A stretch of 39,327 bases of DNA from a virus (Duplodnaviria; Caudoviricetes): IMG/VR virus record IMGVR_UViG_3300028587_000017, positions 1-39,327 of that record. One strand, 5' to 3'. This document shows positions 16,523 to 26,671 of this stretch, one piece after another. The translations under genes were made by a program, and so were the position numbers. The notes below the pieces were generated by a model, which did no database searches, was not told the DNA's origin, and saw nothing but the letters and a program-made list of their open reading frames with translations. How positions within the stretch are numbered: the stretch's first letter is position 1; every line of letters begins with the position of its first letter.

Positions 16523-19500
16523 TAGAACTGCCTCGGTCCGCCGCCGCGAGACTCCAGCTCGCGAGCCATCTTCACGGCCGCCACGCGAGCGTCCGGGATC
16601 GTCCCGGGCGGCGACTCGACCACGATCTTATCCACGTGAACACCCCCTCCTCCGGCAGGTGCGGCAGCTATTGCGGGCACGTTGAAGGTGCCCATGCGGG
16701 GCATCATCGGCATCGGCATTGAGCGAGCGATGGCACGCCCGAGGGAGTTGAGCACGGAGCGCGACAGCGGGATCACGGCCTCGCGGTGCACGCCCTCGCC
16801 GATCTGCGCGAGCGTGGCGCCCCGCGTGAGGCCGCCGCTCGCCAGTAGCGGGATGTCGATGCCCAGCGCGTCCTGAATGTCGCCGATGCCTCGGCGCAGC
16901 GGGCCGAGCGGGCTCGCCGAGATCGCCAGGTCGGCACCGAGCTTGGCGATACCGCCGAGCTGGTCCTTGATGAAGGACGTCACGTCCTTCGAGGTGAAGC
17001 CCTTGAGCAGGCCCTCCAGCATGAACTGGCCCAGCTCGTACATGACCTTCGACGGCGAGTCGATCCCGAGCGCGTCCTTCACCGCGTCCACGATCTTCCC
17101 GGCCAGGCCCTTGATCGCGTCCCAGACCTTGCGGCCGATCGTCGTGAAACCGTCGATCAACTCCCACAGCAGGTCGGCGCCGATGTTGAACAGCGTGGCG
17201 CCTGCCGCGATCAGGCCGGAGCCCAGGTCCTCGGCAATCTCCTTGCCCTTGTTGAAAATCTCGCCGCCCACGCCGAGCAGCGTCTGGACGCCCTCCTTGA
17301 TCTTTCTCCAGAGCCACTTGCCCGCGTCGAGCAGCACCCGAGCGAGGCTCTTGATGCCGTTCCACACCCGGCGGGCGATGCTCGCGCCGAGATTGAACAC
17401 CGGCCCGAAGATGGACCGGATGCCCGCCATGACCTGACGCACGAGCCACGCGCCCGCGTTGAACAGCCTCCCGGTCGCGCCGCGAATCGTGGAGATGAAG
17501 CGCCCGATGAGCTGCCCGGCGATCGCGCCGACACGTGTGACCACGGAGCGCAGCGCACCCGCGACCTTGCCGATCGCCGACGAGAAGAAGCCCCACGCCT
17601 TCTGTGCTGCCGGGCCGAGCAGCTTGAGGGAGTTGAAGATGCGGCCCACCAGGAAGGTGATGACCTTGAGCACCTTCCCGACGACCCCGAAGCCGATGAA
17701 CTGCCCGAGCAGGTCGCGCAGGAAGCGTCCGACCGGGTTGTCGACGATGGCGTTCAGCAGCCCCAGCAGGAAGCCGATCGCGTCCAGCAGGAAGTTGATC
17801 GACTTGAGGATGCCGCCGACGATCGGGCCGACGAACTGCCCGATCTCCATGAAGACCACGATCACGTTCCCGAGGAACTTGATGAACTCCTTGATGGCCG
17901 GGATGGTGTTGTCGAAGAAGGCCTTGATCTTCTTCTGGCCCTTGGCCGAGCGCAGGAACTTGGTCACGCCCTTCACCGCGTCGGTGAAGAGGTCCACGAT
18001 CTGATCGCCGAACGGCGCGACCGTCTCCACGAGCGCGATGAACAGGTCGCCGACCGCCCCGGCCGCACGCAGGAACGTCTTGACCGAGTTCACGGCGTTC
18101 GTGAAGAAGGTCTCCTTGCCGCTGAGACTCCCGGCCTTGTCCGCGAGCCCGCCGATGATCCCGACCATCTCGCGCATCAGGTCGAGCGCGGCAGGCCCCG
18201 CCGCCTTGCCAATGCGGATTAGCAGCAGGTAGAACTGCGAGAGGCCCGTGCCCGCGAGCTTGGACATCTCATTGGCGATATCGCTGAGCCCACGCAGGTC
18301 GATCAGCGACGTGGGCGAGATGACCGTGCCCGCGATCTGCCGAGCAACGTCGCCCCAGGTCTCGCCGAGCTGGGTGAACTTCCCGCGCAGGAAGGGCACG
18401 CCGAGCGCGGCTCGGGTCATCGCGTCCTTCACGCCGTCGAACACCGCATCCGTCGTGGGCTGGAACTGCTGACGCAGGAAGTCCTCGATCAGGCGCAGGC
18501 GCTTGAGGAAGCTCTCCTCATCGCCTGACAGCTCCGCCATCTGTGCCTCGGCCTGCTTCTGCTGCAGGGCCGGGCCGGTCGGCTGCTCGGGGACCTTCAG
18601 CTGCCTCTGAAGCCGGTTGCGCGTCCGGATGGCATCAGCGACAGCCTGATGCGCCGCGACCACAGCGGGCGCGTCCTTGATCCCCTGCTCGTCCAGCTCG
18701 CGGGCGTGCTCGGCGGCCTCGTTGGCGACCTTCTGCGCATCCTTCACGGACTCGATCGCGGTCCGGTACGGGCCGTACGCCTTGATGCCCTGCTCCAGGT
18801 ACTTCTGCTGCTCCTGACGAGCGCGGGAGAGCGTGCGCTCCGCATCCCCCAGCTGGTCGTCCGCCTGCTTCTCGCCGAGCTTGGCACGCTGCACCGAGAG
18901 CAGCAGGCCCTCCAGCTCCAGCAGGCTCCCGGCGTCGAGCTTGCCCGACTCCTTGCCCGCACGGCGCAGCGCCCCGGCGATCCCCGACACGTCGGCGTCG
19001 ACGTCGGAGAACTTGGCGAAGGTGTCGTCCAGCGCTCGCGCCGTGAGTCCCAGCTCCTGCCGGAACTCCTTGAGCCGCAGCTCGGCCTCCTTCGTGTTCA
19101 GCTCCGCTTCCTGCTGTCCGAGGCGGGCGTTCTCGACCTCCAACTGGGCGTCGCGCACGTCCTCGATCGCGTCCTCCATGGCGCGATAGGCGTCGACCGT
19201 GACCTGCTTCAACTCGGCGTTCGCCTGCGCGAGTCGCTGCTGGGACTCGATCGCCGCGTCGGTCGCATCCTGGATCGACTGCGCCGCCTGCTCCTCGACG
19301 GCGCGAGCGTTGCGCCGTGCACGGTTCACGTTGCGGATCGAGTCGACCAGACCGTCGAGCTTCGCCCGTGCAGCTTCGACCGCGTTCGCGTAGTCGATCT
19401 CCGCAGTGGCCGACGCCGTGATCGACGCCTCGTCCGCCTGGTCCAGCTGCTGCTTGACCTCCATCACTGCGGCGAAGCGCCCCATCACCGCCGTGCCCGC

Positions 19501-20463
19501 GATGGCGGCCGGGATGAGAGAGCCGCCGATCGCAGCGGCGAGGATGCCCACACCGGACGCAGCAGACGCCGCTGACGCCCCGACCGCGACGAGCGCAGGC
19601 AGCAGCGCGGTCGTGATGATGATGGTGATACCGGAGAGGAACGGCGTGATGCCCTTGATGAGGAAGAACGAGCGCGCCATCGTCTGCCCGAACGTGGCGC
19701 TCGACGCCGACGCCCGCGACATGCCCTTCGTGAGCGTGGAGAGGCCGCCCTCGATGTTCGCCAGCACCCGGGCGGCGTCGTTGTCGACCTCGACCTCGAT
19801 CTCCCGCTTCTTGTCGTCCAGCGCAGCGGCGCGAGCTTCCAGCTCCTGCAGCTTCGCCATCGCTCGACCGATCTCGGCGTCGAGCGTGACTCGCGGGTCG
19901 CTCGCCATCATCTCGGCGATGCGCGCCCGCAGAACCTCCATCTGCGTGACCACGCGCTCCGACTTGAGGCGCACGTCCACGTTCTGCGGCTGGCGCGTGA
20001 GCTTGGTCAGCTGGCGCTGGAGCAGACGAAGGCGCGACTCGGCGTCGGCGATCTTCGCCTCGACGACGACCTCGGGGTTCTGGTTCTGGAGGACTTCGAG
20101 CTTCGCCTGAATGGCGGAGATGTCCGCCTCCACCTTGCGACGGCGAATGTCGATCTCCACCGTCGCGTCCTTGCGGATGGTCGCCTTGTCCAGCGCCGCC
20201 TTGAACGACTCGACCTTCGCGAGCGCCTTGCCGACTTCGGCGTCGACCTCGGCCGTGACCTTCGTGCGGTCGATCTTGCCGAGCGTGACCTTGATCTGAT
20301 CCAGCTCGGCCTGGGCCTCGGCCGTGGCGATCTCGATCTCGGCCTGGGTCGACTTCGGGACCTTGTTCAGCTCCTGCCGCACATCGGCGATGGCCCGTAC
20401 CGCGTCTCGGCTCTCTCCCCGGACGCGAATCAGGACATCTTCGATGTGGTCGCTACCGGCCAC
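16522..20463 (-). CDS. Tape measure protein
   Basis: 1313 aa, helical/coiled-coil, amphipathic repeats; LGIDSPSKVM and ASGG...IGEG..REAVIPL C-terminal motifs. Confidence 0.95.
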   Translation of the reverse strand: MAGSDHIEDVLIRVRGESRDAVRAIADVRQELNKVPKSTQAEIEIATAEAQAELDQIKVTLGKIDRTKVTAEVDAEVGKALAKVESFKAALDKATIRKDATVEIDIRRRKVEADISAIQAKLEVLQNQNPEVVVEAKIADAESRLRLLQRQLTKLTRQPQNVDVRLKSERVVTQMEVLRARIAEMMASDPRVTLDAEIGRAMAKLQELEARAAALDDKKREIEVEVDNDAARVLANIEGGLSTLTKGMSRASASSATFGQTMARSFFLIKGITPFLSGITIIITTALLPALVAVGASAASAASGVGILAAAIGGSLIPAAIAGTAVMGRFAAVMEVKQQLDQADEASITASATAEIDYANAVEAARAKLDGLVDSIRNVNRARRNARAVEEQAAQSIQDATDAAIESQQRLAQANAELKQVTVDAYRAMEDAIEDVRDAQLEVENARLGQQEAELNTKEAELRLKEFRQELGLTARALDDTFAKFSDVDADVSGIAGALRRAGKESGKLDAGSLLELEGLLLSVQRAKLGEKQADDQLGDAERTLSRARQEQQKYLEQGIKAYGPYRTAIESVKDAQKVANEAAEHARELDEQGIKDAPAVVAAHQAVADAIRTRNRLQRQLKVPEQPTGPALQQKQAEAQMAELSGDEESFLKRLRLIEDFLRQQFQPTTDAVFDGVKDAMTRAALGVPFLRGKFTQLGETWGDVARQIAGTVISPTSLIDLRGLSDIANEMSKLAGTGLSQFYLLLIRIGKAAGPAALDLMREMVGIIGGLADKAGSLSGKETFFTNAVNSVKTFLRAAGAVGDLFIALVETVAPFGDQIVDLFTDAVKGVTKFLRSAKGQKKIKAFFDNTIPAIKEFIKFLGNVIVVFMEIGQFVGPIVGGILKSINFLLDAIGFLLGLLNAIVDNPVGRFLRDLLGQFIGFGVVGKVLKVITFLVGRIFNSLKLLGPAAQKAWGFFSSAIGKVAGALRSVVTRVGAIAGQLIGRFISTIRGATGRLFNAGAWLVRQVMAGIRSIFGPVFNLGASIARRVWNGIKSLARVLLDAGKWLWRKIKEGVQTLLGVGGEIFNKGKEIAEDLGSGLIAAGATLFNIGADLLWELIDGFTTIGRKVWDAIKGLAGKIVDAVKDALGIDSPSKVMYELGQFMLEGLLKGFTSKDVTSFIKDQLGGIAKLGADLAISASPLGPLRRGIGDIQDALGIDIPLLASGGLTRGATLAQIGEGVHREAVIPLSRSVLNSLGRAIARSMPMPMMPRMGTFNVPAIAAAPAGGGGVHVDKIVVESPPGTIPDARVAAVKMARELESRGGGPRQF

Positions 20464-21251
20464 CTACCACCATTTCTCGTACATGTCGGCGGTCACGGGG
20501 AGGATCTCCTCCGCGTCGGCGTTCAGGGGAACCTCGCCAGACACATTGTCGCCCCGGCGTCCAGCGTCCTTGAACAGCGCCTTGTCCATGTCCTTCGGCG
20601 AGTTGACCGCGTAGGCGATCACCCGGCCGAGGAACTGCAACTCCGTCCGGCGGCGCTGCTCTCGGCATTCGAGCAGCGCCACGAGACGGGGAACGGTTAG
20701 ACCTCGCTCACCGTCAGCGTTGGGGGAGTCGTCCCAGAACTCGTCGAGTCCAACGTACCCTCCCCCGATGAGGACCTCTGCCGCTCGATCAAGTTCACCA
20801 TCCCCGCCGAGAGGTAGGCCTTCACGAGGTCCATGTTGATGAGTTTTCCCAGGCTCTTGAGGGAGTCGAGCCGGTTGGCCTTGAGCGCCGTCTCGAAGGC
20901 GAAGGTGATCTCCGGGATCGTCGGCGACTTGTCGTACTCCTCGTTGTAGTCGCCAGCGATGCGCGCCTCGTCCGTGGGGTAGCCCGCGAACTCGTAGCGC
21001 GGCATGAGCTTCGGGATGAAGACCTGCAAGAAGTCGTAGGCCTGATCCCCGAGAGAGCCGATCACCCCCTCCAGGCTCCCCGTGTCCATCTGCTCCATCT
21101 CCTGGAGCTTCGCGACCGTCTTGCCGAGCCGGTTCGCGAGGTAGGCGTGTCGCTGTGCGTACACCGGGTAGGTGTGCTCGCCGAGCGTGACGTGGGTGGG
21201 TGCGCTGCCGGAGCCGTTCGGACTCGGGGCAGAAGCGAGACTGGCCTCCAT
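20464..21251 (-). CDS. Tail assembly chaperone, -1 frameshifted long form (G-T fusion)
   Basis: Slippery G GGA AAA at 20850-20844; the -1 frame is open from there to TAG at 20464. Confidence 0.8.
20697..21251 (-). CDS. Tail assembly chaperone, short form
   Basis: Between tail tube and tape measure; ATG 21251. Confidence 0.85.
   Translation of the reverse strand: MEASLASAPSPNGSGSAPTHVTLGEHTYPVYAQRHAYLANRLGKTVAKLQEMEQMDTGSLEGVIGSLGDQAYDFLQVFIPKLMPRYEFAGYPTDEARIAGDYNEEYDKSPTIPEITFAFETALKANRLDSLKSLGKLINMDLVKAYLSAGMVNLIERQRSSSGEGTLDSTSSGTTPPTLTVSEV
20844..20850 (-). other. Programmed -1 ribosomal frameshift site GGGAAAA
   Basis: X XXY YYZ heptamer in the correct phase within the chaperone gene. 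Confidence 0.8.
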
Positions 21252-21298
21252 GCTGTGAGCATAGAGGCCAGTCAAGCGGCGCGCAGGAGGCAGGTGCG

Positions 21299-21988
21299 CT
21301 ACGTGATGGTACCGGCCGTCTCGAAGAACCAGACGCCCATGTTGTCGTCGGCGAGAGTGACCGACGAGTCGCCGAAGGCGGTGAACGACACGGACGCCGC
21401 CGTCAGCGTGCCCTTGTCGAACTCCAGCTCCGCGTCATCGGCGGACATCTGGGCCTGGTACAGCACGCCCATCACGAACCGGCCACGGGTGCCCGACGCC
21501 GGGACGGCGCCCGAGGACTCCGTGACCAGACCCGAGGCGATGTTGCGCCGCGAGAGGAACGCGAAGCGGTAGCGATCGAGCGTGGTGAACGAGCCGAACT
21601 TCTGCGTCGTCTGGGCGGAGATGCCGGACGCGGCCACGACGGCGCCAGCGGCGCTCTGCGCGCCCTCCATCAGGGCGAGGTTCGCGGCGTTGAACTCGGC
21701 CATCGACACCTCGATGGTCCGCGTGACGTTCGTGACCTCCTCGAAGAGGACGGAGGACGTCTGCTGGATCTCCAGGCCCTCGGTCTCGAACCCTCGCGTG
21801 TAGGTGAACGACTCGCGGGTCGCTCCCAGCTCGACCCAGCCGGTCTGCGCTGCGTAGGGGGACTCCATGTCGATGACGTCCGAGATGGAGGTCGGAATCG
21901 GCTCGGCGGTGGTGGCGTACAGGATGCGGACGGCCCCGACCAGCAGGTCCGAGATGTTGTACGGGAAGGGGTAGCCGGTATAGGCCAT
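21299..21988 (-). CDS. Major tail tube protein
   Basis: LLVGAVRI...WVELGAT..SFTY motif; position before the chaperones. Confidence 0.88.
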   Translation of the reverse strand: MAYTGYPFPYNISDLLVGAVRILYATTAEPIPTSISDVIDMESPYAAQTGWVELGATRESFTYTRGFETEGLEIQQTSSVLFEEVTNVTRTIEVSMAEFNAANLALMEGAQSAAGAVVAASGISAQTTQKFGSFTTLDRYRFAFLSRRNIASGLVTESSGAVPASGTRGRFVMGVLYQAQMSADDAELEFDKGTLTAASVSFTAFGDSSVTLADDNMGVWFFETAGTIT

Positions 21989-21998
21989 CGTTCAGCTC

Positions 21999-22301
21999 CT
22001 AGGGACGGTTCGGGCCGGAGTCGCCATCCGGCGCGGTCGACCCGCCCGGCCCGCCAGTGTCGCCAGCCGTCGCACGGCTCGCCTTGCTACGAGGCTCGTC
22101 GCTCGTCGCGTCCTCGAACTTGAGGCCCTTGAAGCGAGCGGAGTCGCCCGACAGCAGCTCCTTGGACAGCTCGTGGTTGACCGCGATCGGCTCGTCGCGG
22201 TTCAGCGTCACGCCCGCATCCGGCACGGTCACAGAGCCCGTTCGACGGTGCTCGCCCGTGCCGCCGACGAACTTGACCTTCTTCTTGGCGGCGTCCGCCA
22301 T
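21999..22301 (-). CDS. Small structural-module hypothetical protein
   Basis: ATG 22301 (TAATG coupling), GGAGGAAGG RBS. Confidence 0.7.
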   Translation of the reverse strand: MADAAKKKVKFVGGTGEHRRTGSVTVPDAGVTLNRDEPIAVNHELSKELLSGDSARFKGLKFEDATSDEPRSKASRATAGDTGGPGGSTAPDGDSGPNRP

Positions 22302-22750
22302 TAGCCTTCCTCCTCGACAAGTTCTGCCACTGTCATTCGCATGGTCATCTCTCGCCCACGCACGCCATCGTTCCTCACGACGAAGGGCAGGGTGAAGTCG
22401 AACTCGATCCGCTTGGAGACCATGGGGACTCTGCCCCCAAGCGTACCGTTGGCGAGCAGAGATGCCCGCAGCGAGTCGGCGTAGGTGCGCAAGGCCTGAG
22501 CGGCGGTCTCCGGGGCCGTGTTGTCGACCATCACGGAGATGTCCATCACGAAGACGGCGACCCACGCCTGCTGGATGTTCGCGTGCGGGAAGAGGTCGCT
22601 CGTCTCCACGATGCTCAGGCTCGCGCAGTCCACGATCACGTCCGGCAGCGGGCCGGTGCTCTCCGCAGGGATGTGGTCGTAGCCGGTGACGATGCTCGTG
22701 GTCGCCTTCGCCCAGTCGAGCACGGCGGCGCAGACCGCCTCGGTCGTCAT
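22301..22750 (-). CDS. Tail terminator/completion protein
   Basis: Size and synteny; SLL.NGTLGG motif. Confidence 0.7.
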   Translation of the reverse strand: MTTEAVCAAVLDWAKATTSIVTGYDHIPAESTGPLPDVIVDCASLSIVETSDLFPHANIQQAWVAVFVMDISVMVDNTAPETAAQALRTYADSLRASLLANGTLGGRVPMVSKRIEFDFTLPFVVRNDGVRGREMTMRMTVAELVEEEG

Positions 22751-23322
22751 AGCGCCCTCGACACGATCCGGCGCCCGAGCCGCGCCGTCGCCTCGGCGAT
22801 CAGCGGCCGGGCCTCCTGGTTCGCGACGTCCACCCAGTCCTCGCGACGGCTCTGGCCCTTCACCTTGTGCCGGAAGCGCGGCTCACCGTGCATCCGCAGC
22901 GCCTGCTGCTGCGCGCCGAAGCGACCCGTGCGACGGTTGAAGAACACCTCGGGTCCACGCGGCAGGCGCGTCGCTACCGTCGAGGCACGCGCTCGATCCT
23001 CACTCGGCTGGATGTACTTCTTCCGGTGCCCGAAGCGCGTCACGCCGAGCGGGTCGTAGCCGGTCAGCGGGTCGCGGTACGTCGACACCAGCTGGAAGCC
23101 GACCGTGCCAGCGGCACCGAAGGGGAGCAGCACCAGCTCGTCGCCCACGCGCCGCGACACCGAGTTCTCGCGGAAGATCGCCCGGATCGGCTTGCGCAGC
23201 TCGTCCAGCGTCTCCTCGATCTCCTCCTGGATGGCGTCCTCGGCGTTCGAGAGCTGGCGCATGGAGCGCGTCACGCCCCGCGCCGACACGTTGAAGACCG
23301 CCGTCTGGTTCCACCTAGGCAC
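22747..23322 (-). CDS. Neck/tail-completion protein (HK97 gp10-like position)
   Basis: Basic protein, GTG 23322; HKVKGQ near the C-terminus; synteny. Confidence 0.6.
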   Translation of the reverse strand: MPRWNQTAVFNVSARGVTRSMRQLSNAEDAIQEEIEETLDELRKPIRAIFRENSVSRRVGDELVLLPFGAAGTVGFQLVSTYRDPLTGYDPLGVTRFGHRKKYIQPSEDRARASTVATRLPRGPEVFFNRRTGRFGAQQQALRMHGEPRFRHKVKGQSRREDWVDVANQEARPLIAEATARLGRRIVSRAL

Positions 23323-23599
23323 CGCGCATCTCCCGCAGCCGCAGCGAGCAGTGCGGCAGGAAGTCATGCGCCTGTGCATCCACGACGTGGTAGGTCTTGT
23401 CCCCCAGCGAGAAGCGCACGTTGGCTGCTTCCAGCGCCTCGATGTAGCCGACCGGGCACTCCCCGTCGTGGGTGTACGACCGACCTGAGTCCGTGTCGCG
23501 TGCGCTCGCGGGCCACACGGAGATCGGCACGTTGATCGCCAGCGGCGACCCGGCCATGTCCTCCAGCGTCGCCGACGAGTAGAAGGGGAGGGTGCTCAC
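23315..23599 (-). CDS. Head-closure (stopper)-like protein
   Basis: GTGA overlap; GDKTYHVVD.......H.SLRLRE C-terminal pattern. Confidence 0.65.
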   Translation of the reverse strand: MSTLPFYSSATLEDMAGSPLAINVPISVWPASARDTDSGRSYTHDGECPVGYIEALEAANVRFSLGDKTYHVVDAQAHDFLPHCSLRLREMRGA

Positions 23600-24498
23600 A
23601 CCAGCGCTCCTAGGTTGCCGTGCCAGATGTAGGGAGCGAGCACGGACATCACGCGAGGCGACAGGCCGGGCGCCCCGCTGATGTCCGCAGTCAGGTTGCC
23701 CTGGTTGATCGAGCGCAACCCGAGCTTGCGGTACGAGGCGATGGAGGCCGAGAGCACGTTCGCGTCGGCACGCGCCGTGTCCTCCATGTCCCAGAGGATC
23801 GCGGTCTTCACTGCCTCGGGGAAGTCCGCCCACCCCCAGTCGCCCTCGATCACGACGTTGCCGAAGCCGAGCGGGAAGCGCTCACCGCTGATCTCGGCGA
23901 TCGCCTGCTCGTAGTAGTTGAGGCCGAACAGGGAGGAGAAGTGCAGACGGTCGCGTTGGTCGGAGAGCACCAGCGCGGTGAGCGACACGCCGTAGCCGTT
24001 CACGCTGACGCCCTCGATCTCGTGCAGCCGCTCGGGCAGGTACAGCACGTTCGCGCCCTGGCCGTCGATCGTCACCGTCCGATGGCGCAGGTCGAACTTC
24101 TGCCCGCAGAACTCCTCGATCGCCGAGATGGACGCATCGCGCAGGGTGTCGGCCTGATCCGCCGTCAACGCCAGCAGCTCGTCCACGCTCGTGAGCGCCA
24201 GCAGCTCCTCGGTCGACGGATACGTCGTGAGGCCGATCGGCTCCGTGTAGGAGACGTCCGAGTTCTCGTCCTCGAAGCGGACGCGGAAGTAGTCCGTCGG
24301 CGACTCGGCGGTCGTGACCGTGAAGTCACGCGCCTGCGGAGCTGTGGGGTCCGCGTCGACCGGATCGAGCACCTGGTCGTCGATCTGCGTCCACGGCCCG
24401 TCGATGTCGGGCGCTTCCTCGATGGTTGCGCCGATCCACGGGATGTCATCGAAGCGGGGCGCCGGGCGAACGTCGGTGAGCGACACCACGTAGGGCAT
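23596..24498 (-). CDS. Head-to-tail adaptor with an extra N-terminal beta (FN3/Ig-like) domain
   Basis: ATG 24498; YPSTEEL...AIEEFCGQKF...DGQG...FP.G..NV.IEGDWGW..FPEAVKTA adaptor pattern. Confidence 0.8.
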   Translation of the reverse strand: MPYVVSLTDVRPAPRFDDIPWIGATIEEAPDIDGPWTQIDDQVLDPVDADPTAPQARDFTVTTAESPTDYFRVRFEDENSDVSYTEPIGLTTYPSTEELLALTSVDELLALTADQADTLRDASISAIEEFCGQKFDLRHRTVTIDGQGANVLYLPERLHEIEGVSVNGYGVSLTALVLSDQRDRLHFSSLFGLNYYEQAIAEISGERFPLGFGNVVIEGDWGWADFPEAVKTAILWDMEDTARADANVLSASIASYRKLGLRSINQGNLTADISGAPGLSPRVMSVLAPYIWHGNLGALV

Positions 24499-24500
24499 GA

Positions 24501-26657
24501 CTAGGAGTATGCCTTTCCATCTCGGTCCTGCGTGACATAGCCGCGCCGCGACCGACGCGAGATGAGGGCACCGGGCTGGGGCGACGGTTCCAACACGTGC
24601 CCGATGCCCTCGGGAAATCCTACGGCCTCTTCGGAGTCCTTCGCGAGGATGTAGACCCGGTAGTGGAGCCGCAGCTCGGTCGTGAACGACTCCTCGCTCT
24701 CGATGCCGAGGATGTCGCGGTAGATTGGCCCCGGAATCCAGACCGGGAAGCCGGGAGCTTCCTGGCTCTGGATTCCCAGCGGCAGGATGCGCGGCGACAG
24801 CGTGGGCAGGCCGAACGCCTCGGCCGACGGAATCGCCAGGTCCTGGATCGTGACCGTCTTGAGCAGCCGCAGGCGCAGCAGCCCGAACGCCTCGGCACTG
24901 TTGATGGCGAGCGGCGCGATCGTCTGCGGGCGCGTGACGAGCGGGAACCGCACCTCCTCCGCCGACGCGATGCCCAAGATCGCGACCGTGATCGCGCCCT
25001 GGACGAGCGTCGGCGAGCCGAACGCTTCCGCCGAGTTGATCGCCAGCGGCGCGAGGCTCTGCGTCGTGGCGACCGACGGCGACCCGAACGCCTCCAGGCT
25101 CGCGATGGCAGTCGGCTCGACCGTCTGCGTGCCGGAGCCGACGGTGACAGTCGGGTTGCCGAAGGCCTCCTCGGACGTGATCGCCGAGGGCTCGTGCCGG
25201 TTGATCGTGACCGTCGGCGTGCCGAAGGCTTCGGCCGAGTCGATCGCCAGGATCGCGAGCGCCTGTACAGCCGCGACCGTGGGGTTGCCGAACGCCTCCG
25301 CGCTGGCGACACCCTGCCCCTCGATGACGATGATCCGCTCGGAGACCGCCGCGTTGAAGTGCGCGAGGATGCGGTCGTGCGACAGCGCCGTGGTGTAGTA
25401 GGCAACCTCGTCGAAGGAGACCGTCTCGTAGTTGGCATTGCTGCCGTTGCGCCCGCAGTGCAGCGGCGAGGCCGTGTTCGTCGTGGCCGCCGAGCCGGTC
25501 GACTGGAGCTGCCCGTCGATGTAGAAGAACCCGACCGGGCCGGTCGTGCGGACGAGCGCGTAGTGGTGCCACTGCCCGTCGATCATCCAGGCCGTGGGAA
25601 ACTGTTGATCCGGTGCCGCACCGATCGTGGAGCCCGCCAGGCGCACGCTCGACTGCGGGGAGGAGACCAGCGGGATCACCGTGCCGCCCGAGCCGCTGTG
25701 ATCGCGGACGAGCACGTTGGTGAGCGACGTCGCCTTCGCCCAGAACTCCAGCGTGAACGCACCCGTCCCCAGCGTGATCGGCAGCGTGATGTCCTCGGAC
25801 TGCGCGGCCGTCAGACCGACCGAGTTGACGCTCTCATCGAGGGCGCCGTCCTGGGCCAGCGTGGGCGTGTTGACGTAGGTGCCGTTCGATGTGCCCGGAT
25901 CATCGACCGCCGACGTTCCTGCGGACTCGTCGAGGTGCCACCAGTTCACCGGCGAGTCGGCAGCGACCTCGGTGGCCCAGAGCGTGGACGGCGTGTACTC
26001 CTTGAACGTCGCCGCGATAACGGCAGACCCAGCGACGCTCACCGCCCATGTACCCGCCCCCGTGTACGTACCGCTCGCCGAGAGGCCCGTCTCGTACTGC
26101 ATCACCAGCGTACGGTCGCCGGATGCACCAGCGGCGTTGAAGTCGTACAGCTCGGACCCCGCGCCCGGGGTGCTGGTCGTGTCATCCGTAGCGATGGCCG
26201 CCGCAATACCAACCTGCGAGGCAGCGGTGAGCGTCGCCGTCGCCCCCGACGTCCACGACGTACCCGCCACAGAGTTCGCAGCCACCTTGTTGCGCTCGGG
26301 CACCGCAAAGCCGGGGATGTACGCCGCCGCGAGCAGCCGCGTCGAGGACGTGACGCTGGCGAAGGAGAACGTCAGCGTCGTGCCAGACGGCAGGCCCTTC
26401 GGCGCATACGCCCAGTACATGGACAGGTTGGCCACCACCGCGCCGCCGACGCCGACGTATCGAATCCCGCGCCACTTCAACCCGAGGCCAGAGTCGTCGG
26501 CAACGCGAGTCGGGAGGTTACCCGACACGGACGCACCGGCCACGACGACGACCGTCGAGTTCGAGGGGACGGTCGTCGAGGTGACGAGCGGCGATGTGGC
26601 GGCGGTCTGCGCGGTGAGCGCAGAGGAGCCGATGCCGACCGGGGTCCCGAGCGCCAT
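24501..26657 (-). CDS. Virion fibre protein with LamG/concanavalin-like domain and C-terminal repeats
   Basis: SPVNWWHLDESAG, FTLEFW, WHHYALV, FYIDG, DEVAYY..ALS..RI..H LamG motifs; IxSAEAFGxP repeats. Confidence 0.85.
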   Translation of the reverse strand: MALGTPVGIGSSALTAQTAATSPLVTSTTVPSNSTVVVVAGASVSGNLPTRVADDSGLGLKWRGIRYVGVGGAVVANLSMYWAYAPKGLPSGTTLTFSFASVTSSTRLLAAAYIPGFAVPERNKVAANSVAGTSWTSGATATLTAASQVGIAAAIATDDTTSTPGAGSELYDFNAAGASGDRTLVMQYETGLSASGTYTGAGTWAVSVAGSAVIAATFKEYTPSTLWATEVAADSPVNWWHLDESAGTSAVDDPGTSNGTYVNTPTLAQDGALDESVNSVGLTAAQSEDITLPITLGTGAFTLEFWAKATSLTNVLVRDHSGSGGTVIPLVSSPQSSVRLAGSTIGAAPDQQFPTAWMIDGQWHHYALVRTTGPVGFFYIDGQLQSTGSAATTNTASPLHCGRNGSNANYETVSFDEVAYYTTALSHDRILAHFNAAVSERIIVIEGQGVASAEAFGNPTVAAVQALAILAIDSAEAFGTPTVTINRHEPSAITSEEAFGNPTVTVGSGTQTVEPTAIASLEAFGSPSVATTQSLAPLAINSAEAFGSPTLVQGAITVAILGIASAEEVRFPLVTRPQTIAPLAINSAEAFGLLRLRLLKTVTIQDLAIPSAEAFGLPTLSPRILPLGIQSQEAPGFPVWIPGPIYRDILGIESEESFTTELRLHYRVYILAKDSEEAVGFPEGIGHVLEPSPQPGALISRRSRRGYVTQDRDGKAYS
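24610..25310 (-). repeat. About 11 degenerate protein repeats (IxSAEAFGxPTV), 21-24 aa period
   Basis: VASAEAFGNP, IDSAEAFGTP, ITSEEAFGNP, IASLEAFGSP, INSAEAFGSP, IASAEEVRFP, INSAEAFGLL, IPSAEAFGLP, IQSQEAPGFP and others. Confidence 0.9.
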
Positions 26658-26671
26658 GCTCGGTCAGCTCC

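Noticed and set aside
24610-25310. Repeat array as a CRISPR array or DGR template/variable repeat
   Set aside because: Repeats are in frame, conserved at protein level and vary at synonymous sites; no reverse transcriptase or cas gene in the window
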